64,000 nucleotides of DNA from Lama glama. Lineage: Eukaryota. The stretch covers positions 50,718,001 through 50,782,000 of the forward strand of contig CM052817.1 in the NCBI GenBank assembly GCA_028534125.1, given 5' to 3'. Numbering within the stretch: position 1 is the first letter of the stretch; every line of letters starts with the position of its first letter. Below the pieces are notes generated by a model that had not been told where the DNA came from, ran no database searches, and saw nothing but the letters and a program-made list of their open reading frames with translations. Made by a program: the position numbers and the translations under genes. This document shows, one piece after another, positions 12,487-24,065 of this stretch.

Positions 12487-12554
12487 GGAACCAAATTGAT
12501 TAACACACATATTTGGTGGAAAGAGCCATTTCTGCCTCAGGAACCAAACTGATT
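12450..12554. repeat. 53-bp-period tandem duplication
   Basis: aca(t/c)acatatttggtggaaagagccatttctgcctcaggaaccaaa(t/c)tgatt at 12450 and 12503, two mismatches. Confidence 0.95.
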
Positions 12555-12770
12555 TGTGAAACTGGGAAAACATTTGCACTTTTGTATTCCCCATGATATA
12601 CTTAAGAAATAATTTCAGAAAAACAGCGTATCATCATCATTTTTGGCAGAAAAACAAACATGTTAGGCACTTAATGCTGAAGTCTTAATCAGTTCATTTC
12701 TGAAAATATCCATATTTTGTTGCATGCCATTTATTACACATATGTGAACCAACTATTGGTAGGGCCAATA

Positions 12771-12945
12771 CAGTAGTTTTCATCACTGGTTGCATATTGT
12801 AATCATTTCTAGAAGATTAAAAAGGAATCAGATATATGGACTCCTCCATCAGAGATTTTCTTTCAGTTGACCTGGGCTATGGTTTGGCATTGGTTATTTT
12901 TTATATCCAAGAAAATATCAAAATACAGTAGGCTAGAGAGTAATG
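12771..12945. mobile_element. MER5A-like hAT-Charlie relic
   Basis: cagtagttttcatcactggttgcatattgtaatca...cagagattttctttcagttgacctggg...ggcattggttattttt. Confidence 0.55.
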
Positions 12946-15151
12946 GAATTTAAAAGTTGAGCATTTTGTGAAAATTTGTGCTGTTCATCATTACTCTTAC
13001 CATTACTGTGTGGATCTGAGGGGATGACTAGAGCTTGTTGACATGAATGAAAAACAAAGTTACTTGTGCCAGATACAAACTGACCAAATTAAGCCTCATT
13101 ATCACTGTGATACTATTTAGCTCTATTAAGAGATATCAAATAATTGCCTACCAGAAATTAGTTAAAATGATACTTTGCAATTTAAAATATAAAGGCAATA
13201 GTCAGAATAGCAATACAAATAAATTATTTTGCCTTTTTAGATGAAATAATATTATATAAACCTATGGCCTTATTATTTTAGAGATAGACAATACATATTT
13301 ACACACAAATTCTCTCCTAAGGGCACAAAAACAAGATGTATTATCAGATCATCTCAGATTTCCTAAATGAATTGGATTAATCCAATTTTCTTCTAATCAG
13401 AATTTACTTTGCTTTTTGCAAAGATATGAAAAAGTTAATCTATTTCAGGATATCACGTGGATCACATTAGATTGAATTTGAGCTTCTCAGAAGACTTTTT
13501 GAGAGTATATCCACCCATTCACCTGCATATTATAGAATTTTTTTTAATAAATGGGACTACTTTATTGATAGTATTAATATATTAAACTCTACTTCAAAAA
13601 AAATTTACTTTGGCAGTACTGATATTAGAAATTTATTATAAAACAGATTGCCTTGAGGCTTTTCTAGCAGAGGCCTAAAAACTAAAACAAGAGAAAAAAC
13701 GTTAAAAAAAAGTTGATTCCATGCACGTTTCCTTCTTGAGTTCTCTTAATTCCTTTCAGGGTCTTTGCTTTGCTTTTTTCATTTTCTGCAAAGAAACTTA
13801 ATAGAATTTGGAATTGAAGGAATTGTTCCATAAATCCCTAAACATAGAAGCTGGCAAAGAAATGATTTAGAAACCAAAATGTTTCATTCTGTTTTCTTAG
13901 TAAAGTCTTCTTTACACTTCACTTCTGAAAATTGAATATCCCTTGCCTTATAGATTTTCATATATTCATTTTCACATAAGCTGGAGATCATTTTACAAAC
14001 ACTTATATTGGATTGTGTGTTTTCTTCAGCCAGCAAACATAGGGCTTTGATCCATTCATTTCCCCATGCATGTAGACCGAATATTATCCTACCTCAGACT
14101 ATTGTTGGCGCATTTATGTTTGCCCTGTAAAGTCAAATTACAGCACTTAATCTGAAAGATCAGTCCATGAAGGATCATCTAAAGCAAAGTTTAACGTATA
14201 GGAGTCAAAGATAATGCAACTTCCATGCTGATCCCTCTGTCAAATCACGCTTACTGTCTCCTCTCAAAGGGATGGCATGAAGAGACTAGAATAGAGTCAG
14301 CAGAATTGCCAGCACAGATCAGCATCTGACTTACCTGTTGTGTATTCACAGTAAACCAATTGAATAAACCTATTCAGTGCCACAATTTAACTGTAATACT
14401 ACGTCATTTTGTGCGTGGAGTTTAAAAGTCTTTTTGTTTGTAGGAAAATGGCTTTTTACTAAATAGGTTAGCACACTGTTTGGATATTATTTCACTTATT
14501 CTTATAAAATTCTTGTCAAGAAGGCAAATGGCAAGGCTCATTATCTTTACCTTGTGAATGGGGGAGATGTCAAAAGGTGAAATTATTTTATCAGTTGCAA
14601 AACCAAAAGTAGAATTAATGAGACTATTCATTAATGGTCAGTGCTTTTTCCCTACAGTTGTCTTTCACTTTGGAAGGACATAAAGATCATAACTGATACT
14701 TAATGTTTAAAGTTTGACTTAATTTGCACATACCCAGTTTTTGTTTGTCTTCAGAATAATATCTATATCTACTGATATTATCAGTGCAACTAACACTAAT
14801 AATTTTTTATAAGCTGGTGAAAATCAACTAGTGAACATAGGATTTGTCAAAATTTTTAAGAACAGTGTCTAAGGAATGTTTATAGGTATTGGACTACTTA
14901 AACATTTGCTTTTTATATTATATATTATAAAGTATGAAAACCAGTGTTTTCTGGAGCTGGCTCATCTTGGCTTTCAGAACAGATTATTAAATTTTCAGGA
15001 ACTTTACAAGTACAAGCTTGTTATATATGTATATCTATATAGATATGAATATCTATATATATGTCTAAAATAAAAACAAAGATAATAAATACTGAAAACA
15101 TATTTCACAACTATGTTACTAGACTTTACTATTTTCCATCCATGCTCTATA

Positions 15152-15286
15152 CTTTTTTTTTTTTTGATGAAAGGATTTTTTTTCATTGAACTATAGTCAG
15201 TTACAATATGTCAGTTTCTGGTGTGTAGCATCATGTCCCAGTCTTGTGTATATATACATATATTCATTTTCATATTCTTTTTCATC
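15152..15286 (-). mobile_element. Short young L1 3' end nested in MER63
   Basis: poly(T) followed by attgaactatagtcagttacaatatgtcagtttctggtgt. Similar to the copies at 11124 and 57996. Confidence 0.8.
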
Positions 15287-15469
15287 ACCTTCTGTGTCTG
15301 TATGTTTGAAACATCATACAACATTCTGCCACTGAAACTCTCTTTTCAACTCTTATCAGTGAAATCACTTTGGTAGTTTGAAATTCGCCATGGTGGGAGT
15401 ATTTACACCACTGAAATTAGCAATTCTACAAATCAGGACTTGATTTACTGTTTTATTCATTGTCTAAAC

Positions 15470-15654
15470 TGGGGCCAGTAGACTATCACCTGCGGGCCAG
15501 CTGCCCGTTCTTATAAATACGGTGTAGTTGGAACCTAGGCATGCTGGCTGCTCTTGTGCTCCAGTGGCAGAGTTGAGTAGTCAACAAAAATCATATGGCC
15601 AGCAAGCCTCAATTATATAAAATTCTGTCCTTTAAGAAGTTGGCAAAATCCCTG
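15470..15654. mobile_element. MER58A (hAT-Charlie) nested in MER63
   Basis: ggggccagtagacta...ggcagagttgagtagt...atatggcc...ccctg. Degenerate 8-bp TSD gtctaaac (15462-15469) / gtatagac (15655-15662). Confidence 0.85.
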
Positions 15655-17854
15655 GTATAGACTTGCGAAAGCCATAGAAAAACTGTTAATGATGTTGAAA
15701 TTTAAAAGTGTGTTGTGACTTTGGCTGTTAAAGAATAAGATACTGTTCTTCCATTATTTGAAAAAATAGTATCCAATTCAGCAAAGTGTTTAACATCATT
15801 GATAAAAGTGACATTCCAATGCATGTCTTCTTTGTTTGGCTTTCATCTTGCTCATTAAGGTAAATAAAAATATCCTCCAACATTTGTCAGAATTAGATTC
15901 ATTAATCCCTCACAAGTATAGTGGCTATGGATACAAGAATTTAGCAAAAACCGATAAAAAAACATATTGGGAAAATCAATCTGTTATATGCAATTAAGAA
16001 TGAAGAGTACTGTATATTTTATCTGTATATTGTGTGCTGCACAGACTTTTTGGGTGTAAAATTTATAATATGTATATGCACATGCATACATATTTTTTAT
16101 GGACAGCCAGCTTTATCCATTTATCAGCACACTATTGCCTAAATCTATGACTTTACCTCCCTTAAAACTATTACAGAGGTATCTAATTGTATTAATTATT
16201 ATACAATTACATAATAAGTACTATACAAATACCTAATATAATATGTAGTTTTATGTATCACTTACTTTTGTCTGTGTTATTCACCAAATAATTTATAAAT
16301 TGGCTTTACATGAGTTTAGTCTCTTTCAGATTGAAATTATTTGAAGAACTGAAGAATGGAACTGAAATATTGGCCAAATTTATACGCAGAAATAGTTTGA
16401 TCATTATACTGTCAAGAAGCTATTACACTCATTGCAACTTTATAGAAAAAATCATATTCCTAATTTTATATAGCTGTCAATATATTGGTCCAACTGTTAA
16501 TAGAAAGGCAGCCATTTTAGACTGCTTTTTTTCAAAAGAATTATCCAACACCTTTTTCCCCGTTATTCAATCACTAATGGGTAACATGAAAGATATAAAC
16601 AGCTTGGATATCACTGTTTAGTGTATTGTCTTATGTAAAAAAACAAAAAATGGAAAACTGGCTTTCTCCACAATCAAGAAGCAAGGATTTATTCTTTTCA
16701 TTTTTCACAAAATAGGAAAAATCACCTCATTAATAGTTTTTCACTATAAAGACTGAATTACTTCCTCAACTGTTAGGACTCCAGGTGGAGTCAATAATTT
16801 CACATTCATTGAAAGAAATTGACGGAGACAGACTATAATCTAGAGCCGTGTAATTCAGCATTTCAAAGAATTTTACATTCAGTGTGAAGCTACAAAGCCT
16901 ACATGATGAGTATTTCAGTTGTTGAATGACTCCCTCACAGTCCCATTGTGAGTATGCTATTCTATAGTGTAGTTCAGAAATTAGATTTTGAAGCTTTAAT
17001 GAAAGTAAATTTCAGTATTCTCAACTGTAGCTGCAGAATGTATGAAGAGAAAAGGTTGACAACAACACAAACTAAAAGCAACTCAGTAATGTATTGTTTA
17101 AGTAAAATGAAACTGAAACTAAAACAAGTTATTCCAGCTAGTTGGTGAAATATATATCTGGGATAAAAGGAACAGAATGTCAGTTATAGGTCCTGGGGTT
17201 CATAGAGGAAATTGATGAAGAGTAGAAGGATACACCTAAGGAGACTGGGCAATATAAGTGCAATTTACCAAATTAAGTATTTTTTGTTTCTATAGGGCAG
17301 TGGAGGCTATAGAACTGGGAAGTGAAGGACTGTGTCTACAGGGATGCATGGATGTATTGGTTAAGTTTTGTTGAGGAACTGATTCAAGACTTTGGTTCAG
17401 GGATTCCTCAGGAACTGAATTACAATAGGAGTTCCCTGGAGTAGTCCCAAGTCTGCCACACTTGAGTTTTCATGATTGAGGACCAGCCTCTGTCTGTTTG
17501 TCCTTGTTCATATTTCAGGGTTGGTGGGGTATGGGAGGAACCTACAGAATCTGACTGGAGTACTACTTAGGCAGCCATGTGGGAGGCAAGCATCACATGA
17601 AGGGGAGCCCCAGGTTAAGTTAAAAGGAGAGGATATTTCCTGAGATTTCAAGGGGAGAACATAAATCACACTGGAGAGGTGCCAAAATGAAGGTGGTTAA
17701 AACAGAGTGCGTGAGGTGTTGCCAATAAGAGATTAAAAAACAAGGTCCAGATGCAATAGTAACTGTAGATTGAAATGGTTGGCTCACATCTGGACCACAA
17801 ACATAGTAAGTGTGCTAGAATTTGCTGGTGACTGATGCAGGTGGACTTTTCAGA

Positions 17855-18001
17855 CCACAGCATCATCTAGGAGATCTTTAATACCACGATGCTTAGGCCA
17901 CAGCTCAGAACAATTAAATTAGAATATCTGTAGGACCCAAACATCCTTATTTTTTAAAGTTTCCCAGATCTTTCCAAAGTGCAGCCAGGTTGAGAACCCT
18001 G
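17855..18001. mobile_element. MER5A
   Basis: gatgcttaggccacagctcagaacaattaaattagaat...tttaaagtttcccag...gtgcagccaggttgagaaccctg. Confidence 0.75.
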
Positions 18002-18007
18002 TCTTAA

Positions 18008-18122
18008 AAGGATGTACAAAACTGATTGTGTGTGAGAATCACCTGGGAGATTTGGCCTACTAATGCCTGCTTCCCCCTCCAAACTAATCAGTTCAGAATC
18101 TCCTGGGATAAGGATCCGGAAT
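18008..18122. mobile_element. Adjacent MER5-family fragment
   Basis: gagaatcacctgggaga...taatgcctgcttcccc...tcagaatctcctggg. Confidence 0.6.
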
Positions 18123-19429
18123 AAAGATTAGCTGAGATCCAAGACTTTGTAATTTAGATGCTAAATTACCGTGTCTCATTCATTTTCACTGAAGTGCTTT
18201 CACTCTGGGACCATAAGAAAAATAGGCTCAGTAAACTGAGTAAACTACAAAGATGCTAAAAACAACAGTAATGGTTGACTTCATAAAAGCTATTCTACTT
18301 TTCTTCACATTTGAGCTTTATACTTACGAAGTTTTAATTTGATTACCCTGTGTGTAAAAAATCTATTACATACAAATGAACATTTCAGATATCATTATCA
18401 TTCTAAATTATTACAATTTTCATGGAAAAGCTATTTGATTCAAAATTTTGAATGCTGAAAAAATGTGACTTTTTTTAGTACCACGTAGTTGAAAGAACTA
18501 AAGTAGAAATTCCCTAAAACTGATTGAATCAAGAGGATTTTATTCTTGTAGCCCCCATTTTGTAATTATTCATTGTCATGAAAGTCAAGGCATGTGAGTA
18601 ATACTGTACTTGAACATTCCAAAAGGAAATTGTTGCATAAATAATTTATGCTCTGAAAGGTTAAATTTAATTTGAAAGTAGGTGATTTTCTCTTGCCAGG
18701 ATTATGGACATTGAAGGTGAATGGACTCCTGACAGACTTTGCTGTCATGGGAAAGCTAATGCTAATTGGTAGCTTTTTTGTGTCGTGCAGATTCACCAGT
18801 ATAACTTCTGTCTAATAATTTATCAACTGTGAAGGGAAAAAAAAACACTGGTTTTTCTTTTACCTTAAAATTGGAGAGAATTTAGAATAAAATTAGAATG
18901 GAATTTTTAAATTGTCAAAAAGCAAAGGAAAGTGATATCACAGGGCCTGCATCCTGAAACATTTAATTGAAATTTTAGGAATAAATAATAGAAATATTAC
19001 AGTTTCCTTTCTGAGATAAATATAATTCTGATCTTCATTTTCAGTTTTTTTATAACTTCTTTGTTTTAATTTATTAAGTTTATTTAAAGATAAATGGTTT
19101 ATATTGCTAATTTCAAAGAAAAATGCCACAAGATTGTAGATAAGCCTCTAGTTAAAAGAATTAGGAATAGGAACACAAATGAATAATTAGCTCTTTAACA
19201 ATATCTCATTTACTGGTCCAGTTAGCCACACTAAGTGTATCGCAATTGCATCAGAGTGTATCGCAATTTATTGGAAAAGATTTTATCCAAATGTTAAAAA
19301 TAATTTTATTCAGACACTGAACTTACAGTATATTTCATAATGTTAATGTAAGTTTGATGGGCAATAGTCAAAGAAGAAGTTTGGTTTGTCAGGTGTTAAG
19401 AAAACAAACTTATTTTTACCAAAGAGGTT

Positions 19430-19668
19430 AAGGAAGGACGGATAAATTAGGAGTTTGGCATTAACAGATACACACTACTATATATAAAATAGATAAACAA
19501 CAAGGACCCACTGTATAACATCGGGAACTATATTCAATATCTTGTAATAACCTAAAATGGGAAATATATATATGTATATATGTACATATATATGTTTAAC
19601 TGAGTCACAGTCACTTTGCTATACCCCTGAAACCTTGTAAATCAACTATATGTCAGTAAGGGGAAAAG
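19430..19668 (+). mobile_element. L1 3' end (L1_Art-like)
   Basis: gggataaattaggagtttggcattaacagatacacactactatatataaaatagataaacaacaaggacccactgtat...ttgtaaatcaactata. Confidence 0.9.
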
Positions 19669-22599
19669 TGGAAGTCGATTTATGTGACGTTAAAAAGTAT
19701 GGCTTTACATTTCTCGATTAAAAAGTACTGTTTCCTTAAGCCAGCTAAATTTTTAAGGACAAATGATGGTATCCACATACAAAAAAATCATTATTTTGGC
19801 TCATAGCTAAGGCCTAGTCATTTTGTTGTGAATCTCATAGTGTGAAAAAAATGTTCCAGTGTCCTCCTCATAAAATTTTTTTTCTAGCACAAGTTTATTT
19901 TCAAGAAAGAGGTGAGTCTATATATTATTTTTCTATTGAACTCCTTCATTAAGTCACTGTCAGTATGTCATTAATTGATTTAACTACCAATGAAAGACCT
20001 TACCAATCCTGAGAAGTAATAGTGAATATTTCTTAATTACAAGTTAGGGTAAAGTAAGTCCAGGCATATGCTAGGCTGAACAGAAAGCTTTCATAATTAA
20101 TTCTTCATAAACAAAGCCCCATTTAAAGTCTAGAGCATTCACATTCATGATGGTGTATTAGGGATTATGGCCTGTATGTTGGTATAGGAAAGTTACGGGA
20201 ACCACGTGAATGTGTCACAATAAGCCCCTGCGGAGGTGAGGAAAGGAATTTTTTAGGATCGCTTTCTTTGTTAAAATGAACTTCTTCACACATCTCCCAC
20301 TAAAAGAAATCCATGTGTGACTTATGCGACCCTGTATTAGGAGAACACAGCTGACTCTTTACTGGAATACACAGTTAATAAACCTCGTCGTTCAGACTAT
20401 GAGTTTTATTTATGTCTGAACAGCATGCTAAAGAAATTCCCTTGTTCTGTTTCCCTCACATATGAACCTGTGAGACTGCCGAAGTTCAGATAGCCTCTAA
20501 TTTCTGAAGCTTCTCTAAGGTCATTTTGAAATGGATGAGTTAGCAAACGTCTATGGTAGCTAGCCCAAGGGGACGTAGCCTAACTGTTCACTAGTAACAG
20601 CTTGAGAGCAGTTACCTGAGGAGATGCTTTTGGAGCCATGACCTTTGTTCCTTGTCATCTCCATGGAGACTAACAGAAAAATGAGTCATGTATACCAGCT
20701 AAATAAATGTTGATAAATATTATGGGCAGAAAAGGGCAACCACGATAAATGTGTCAATAATTTTTTTCTAAGCCTTACCTGTAAAGCTTTGGTAGTTACC
20801 TATTTTGTAGTTAGGAAAATTGAGGCCCCTATCAGGTCCTCTTGATGGAATCAAATGCAAACTAAGAAAATACCAGATATTTTGAATTTACTGAAATGAT
20901 CTGTCCAATGGATTTTATTTCCCTAACTACTAGGGATGGATATATCAAAAATTAGGTCTATAAAATAAGTTTTAATGAAATCATTCTTACAAGATGTCTC
21001 CTTTACCACACTAATCACCTCCATTATATACATGTGCGTGTCCAGCATACTCTTTTTTGTTGCATTAAAAAGTTTATCCGCATCAACATGTGGAGTCCCC
21101 AGCTTTAGAAGGGATGCATTTAGAAGGAAAAAGAACCCTCCTCTGCATTCACCAAAGCAGCTGAATCAACAGGTGATGATCAATAAGATGACAAGTATTC
21201 AGCCAGATTTCTGTCTTATTTCTATTCTCAGAATTGCTAAATTAAGAAAGCAAGAGTTACCCTCAAAAATAAACAAACAAACAAAACCCACAAACCAACC
21301 AAAAACTGAATTTCCAGTAGAGGAAGAATGGAAGGGAAAGATGGCTGATTAAACTTCTTATGAAATCCACCATTTCATTCTCATTTGATCAGTCAACTTT
21401 CCAAAGCTGGTAAAGAGCTATTTAGCAAGTATTTAGTGTTCATCACTTTACGAATTGAGGCAGCTTACATGAAGCAAGCATTTATGCATATGTAGCAACG
21501 TGAGCGAGATCTGCATTTTTGTAACTTTCTGTGCTCCTTTGTTTTCCGATACCCTGCCAAGATAACTTGACCAGTTGCTGTGTAGTTATGACAAATGCAG
21601 AAGAAAGTTGTTCCCTCTTTTCTTAAACAGGTTACTTAAAGAAGTATCAAAAGTTGACTTTTTCTGATCATTAATCTTCTATTCTTCATCCCACACAGAG
21701 CTGAGCAATGCACTACAACTTACTTTCTCCTTCTTTAGAGGACATCATGGCTACAGAAGTTACAGAAGTCACTCTTCTGTTCTACTAGCAGCCATGCTAG
21801 TCGAAATTCAGAGATTCAATTTAGGTCAAAAAAGTGTTAGAAAAGTAATCCATCATAAACATTTTCTTTAAAATATCTGCTTAGTATAGAATGATACACA
21901 CTGGGACCCTTTCCAGAACCATTATTCTACTTGTGTTCTAAAAGTTACAAGTTAAAAAAATGATTAAAAAATGAATTATTAGGGAAAATCTGTCTCCAGT
22001 TGTGTATCAACCTCTCATTAGAGAACCCTCTTTAAAGTAAGTGGTTCATTCTAAGTAGGGGAAAAAATAACACTTGGTTTTTTTTTTTCTTGTAATTTGA
22101 TAACCTAACTTCAGTGTAATTAATACATTAAGATGTTTTAAAATGTACTTTTAGCACAGAGATTATTAATAATAAAATCATTTCATTTCAACCATCTACT
22201 CAATGACTGTACTGAAGAAGTTCAAGTGTAGGGCCTTCTTGTGTGGATCCCCTATCAGAAGTAAAGGCTAAAACTTCCATTTTTGTGTTTTGCTTGAGGC
22301 ATTTGAATTCAAACTATATTATTAAATAAAAATTGTCACCTTTAACATGGTTTGTCAAATGCCAGTGAAGTGTATTGCAAATTCCTGTGGACGCATTTTC
22401 AGTGATGTTCCTATGATGTATTGATTTTTCTACTTTTAGACTTACTGTTTGCTGAAATAAGTATTTTGGAAAAGGTGGAAATTTTAATTTTGTACTTTCT
22501 AAGTCATGCTTGCAGTTGGACATCTGGAGTACAGTTCCTCTGTGTGGTGGTACATGTTAAAGATTTTAGGAAAACTCTGATTGAGACATCCTTTTAAAA

Positions 22600-23420
22600 A
22601 TTAGCATGGCTTGTAGCTGAATCAAGAGAATGGGTGAGATGATATGGATATAGAAAAGTCAAAGTAAACTAAGAATTGCACCCTTGGAAACATCAAAATT
22701 AAGGGTTTAGCTAAAAAAAAAATAGAGCTAGCAAATGGTCTTGAGTTAGGAGTAGAAAGAGGATTCAGATAGGAAGGAGAGAAAAATGCTGTTATGGGGG
22801 ATAAGAAGGGATGTTTCTAAGAAAGAGAAACAGTCACAGTCTTAACTGAGGTGGAGAAGCCAAATATGTTTAAGCATCGATCATTGGAGTAAGTAACAAA
22901 GATGATACTGGTGAGCTTTACCAGATGATTCAGAGACAAGGTGAGGACATGACTGCTTATTTGAAAGAAATGAGATAACAAGGTGGATATTACCCTTCGT
23001 ATCATTTTCGTTTGTGACCTTTACTGGAAATGAGAGAGATAATGGAATCTGATGGGGAACTTAGGGCCTAGATAGATAATGGGTTGGTTGGTTTGTTTAG
23101 GTATAAGAAATGGGACAAGGTCCCAGAAAAGATGGGAGGAAATGGAATCAGAGATCAAGTGGTGGAACTGTACATGAACAAGCTAAAGTACTTCTTTTCC
23201 TTTGAAACTGGGAGTGGGGAAGAAAAGCAAGTGAAGGTGAGAAGAAATTAAGAAATATTTGGGTTCGGGAGGTGGGAGGATGAGAGATTCCATGCCTTAT
23301 ATATGCAACTGTCTCTGAAAATCCAGAGATAAACTTCACTGTTTAAAAAAAGGGACAGTGGCTTGGCAGGTGCTTTGGGAAGAGTGGTGAAGGTCCAGAG
23401 TATGTCCTGTAGGAATAGAT
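22600..23420 (-). mobile_element. LINE-2 fragment
   Basis: Long purine-rich tract (gaatgggtgagatga...cccttggaaacatcaaaattaaggg...cattggagtaagtaacaaagatgatactggtgagcttt) typical of antisense L2. Confidence 0.6.
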
Positions 23421-23829
23421 TTTAGGATTCCAGAGGGAAAGCCTTTCTAGATTGGGCCAGGGTACTACTGTGGATTGGTTTGCTAAAATGGAATGTGTAC
23501 ATATAGTTATGATATCAGTGAAGTAAAATAATTTTTAAGTTAGTGAAATTAAACTGCTTAATATAGTTGGTGAAGTTATCTATGCTAATAAGAACAGTTA
23601 GTAAATATATTTGATTGTATCGCTTATAGGTAGAGTTCCTACAAGCACTTAAGATTTTTGTTTTGTTCTGCTCCATGACCTAAAAAAAAACAGCTTTTCA
23701 GATAATTTTACTTTCCACCTGGGCACTGATTCTTAATTAACCAAATCTAATAGCATGTAATTTTTTCATTTGTAGTAAGCAAAATGTTTCTGTCCCTGAA
23801 GCTGATGTCACCTTTTAATATTTTAATAG

Positions 23830-24065
23830 CTACAACTACTACTTATTTAGCAGTCACTAAGTATTAGACATTGTATTAAACATCTTACAAATAATCTTCA
23901 TAAAAAATCAATCCTCATATAAAGCTTCATAGGTTAATAAGTATTATTCCCATTGAAAAATGAGGAATATGAATTGGGAGTGGTTAAGACATTTACTCAA
24001 GTAATAGCTGCTGGATGTTGGAGCCAAGACCTGGACTTAGATCTGTCAACTAAGAATATCTGTTA
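23830..24065 (-). mobile_element. MIR SINE
   Basis: tattattcccattgaaaaatgaggaatatgaattgggagtggttaagacatttactcaagt...ggagccaagacctggacttagatctgtc. Confidence 0.75.

Larger units (their letters stand above)
14942..16137 (+). mobile_element. MER63 (hAT-Blackjack) DNA transposon with two nested insertions
   Basis: Starts cagtgttttctggagctggctc. Diagnostic internal gccatggtgggagtatttacaccactgaaattagcaattctacaaatcagg. Ends catttatcagcacactattg. Confidence 0.85.

Noticed and set aside
12450..12554. Direct repeats as a possible CRISPR array
   Set aside because: Only two adjacent copies, no spacers or cas genes, mammalian context.
16900..16980. atgatga as a possible C/D snoRNA C box
   Set aside because: No properly placed CTGA D box or terminal stem.
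21630..21850. Several plus-strand acceptor-like sites followed by short open frames
   Set aside because: No matching strong donor and no recognisable peptide.
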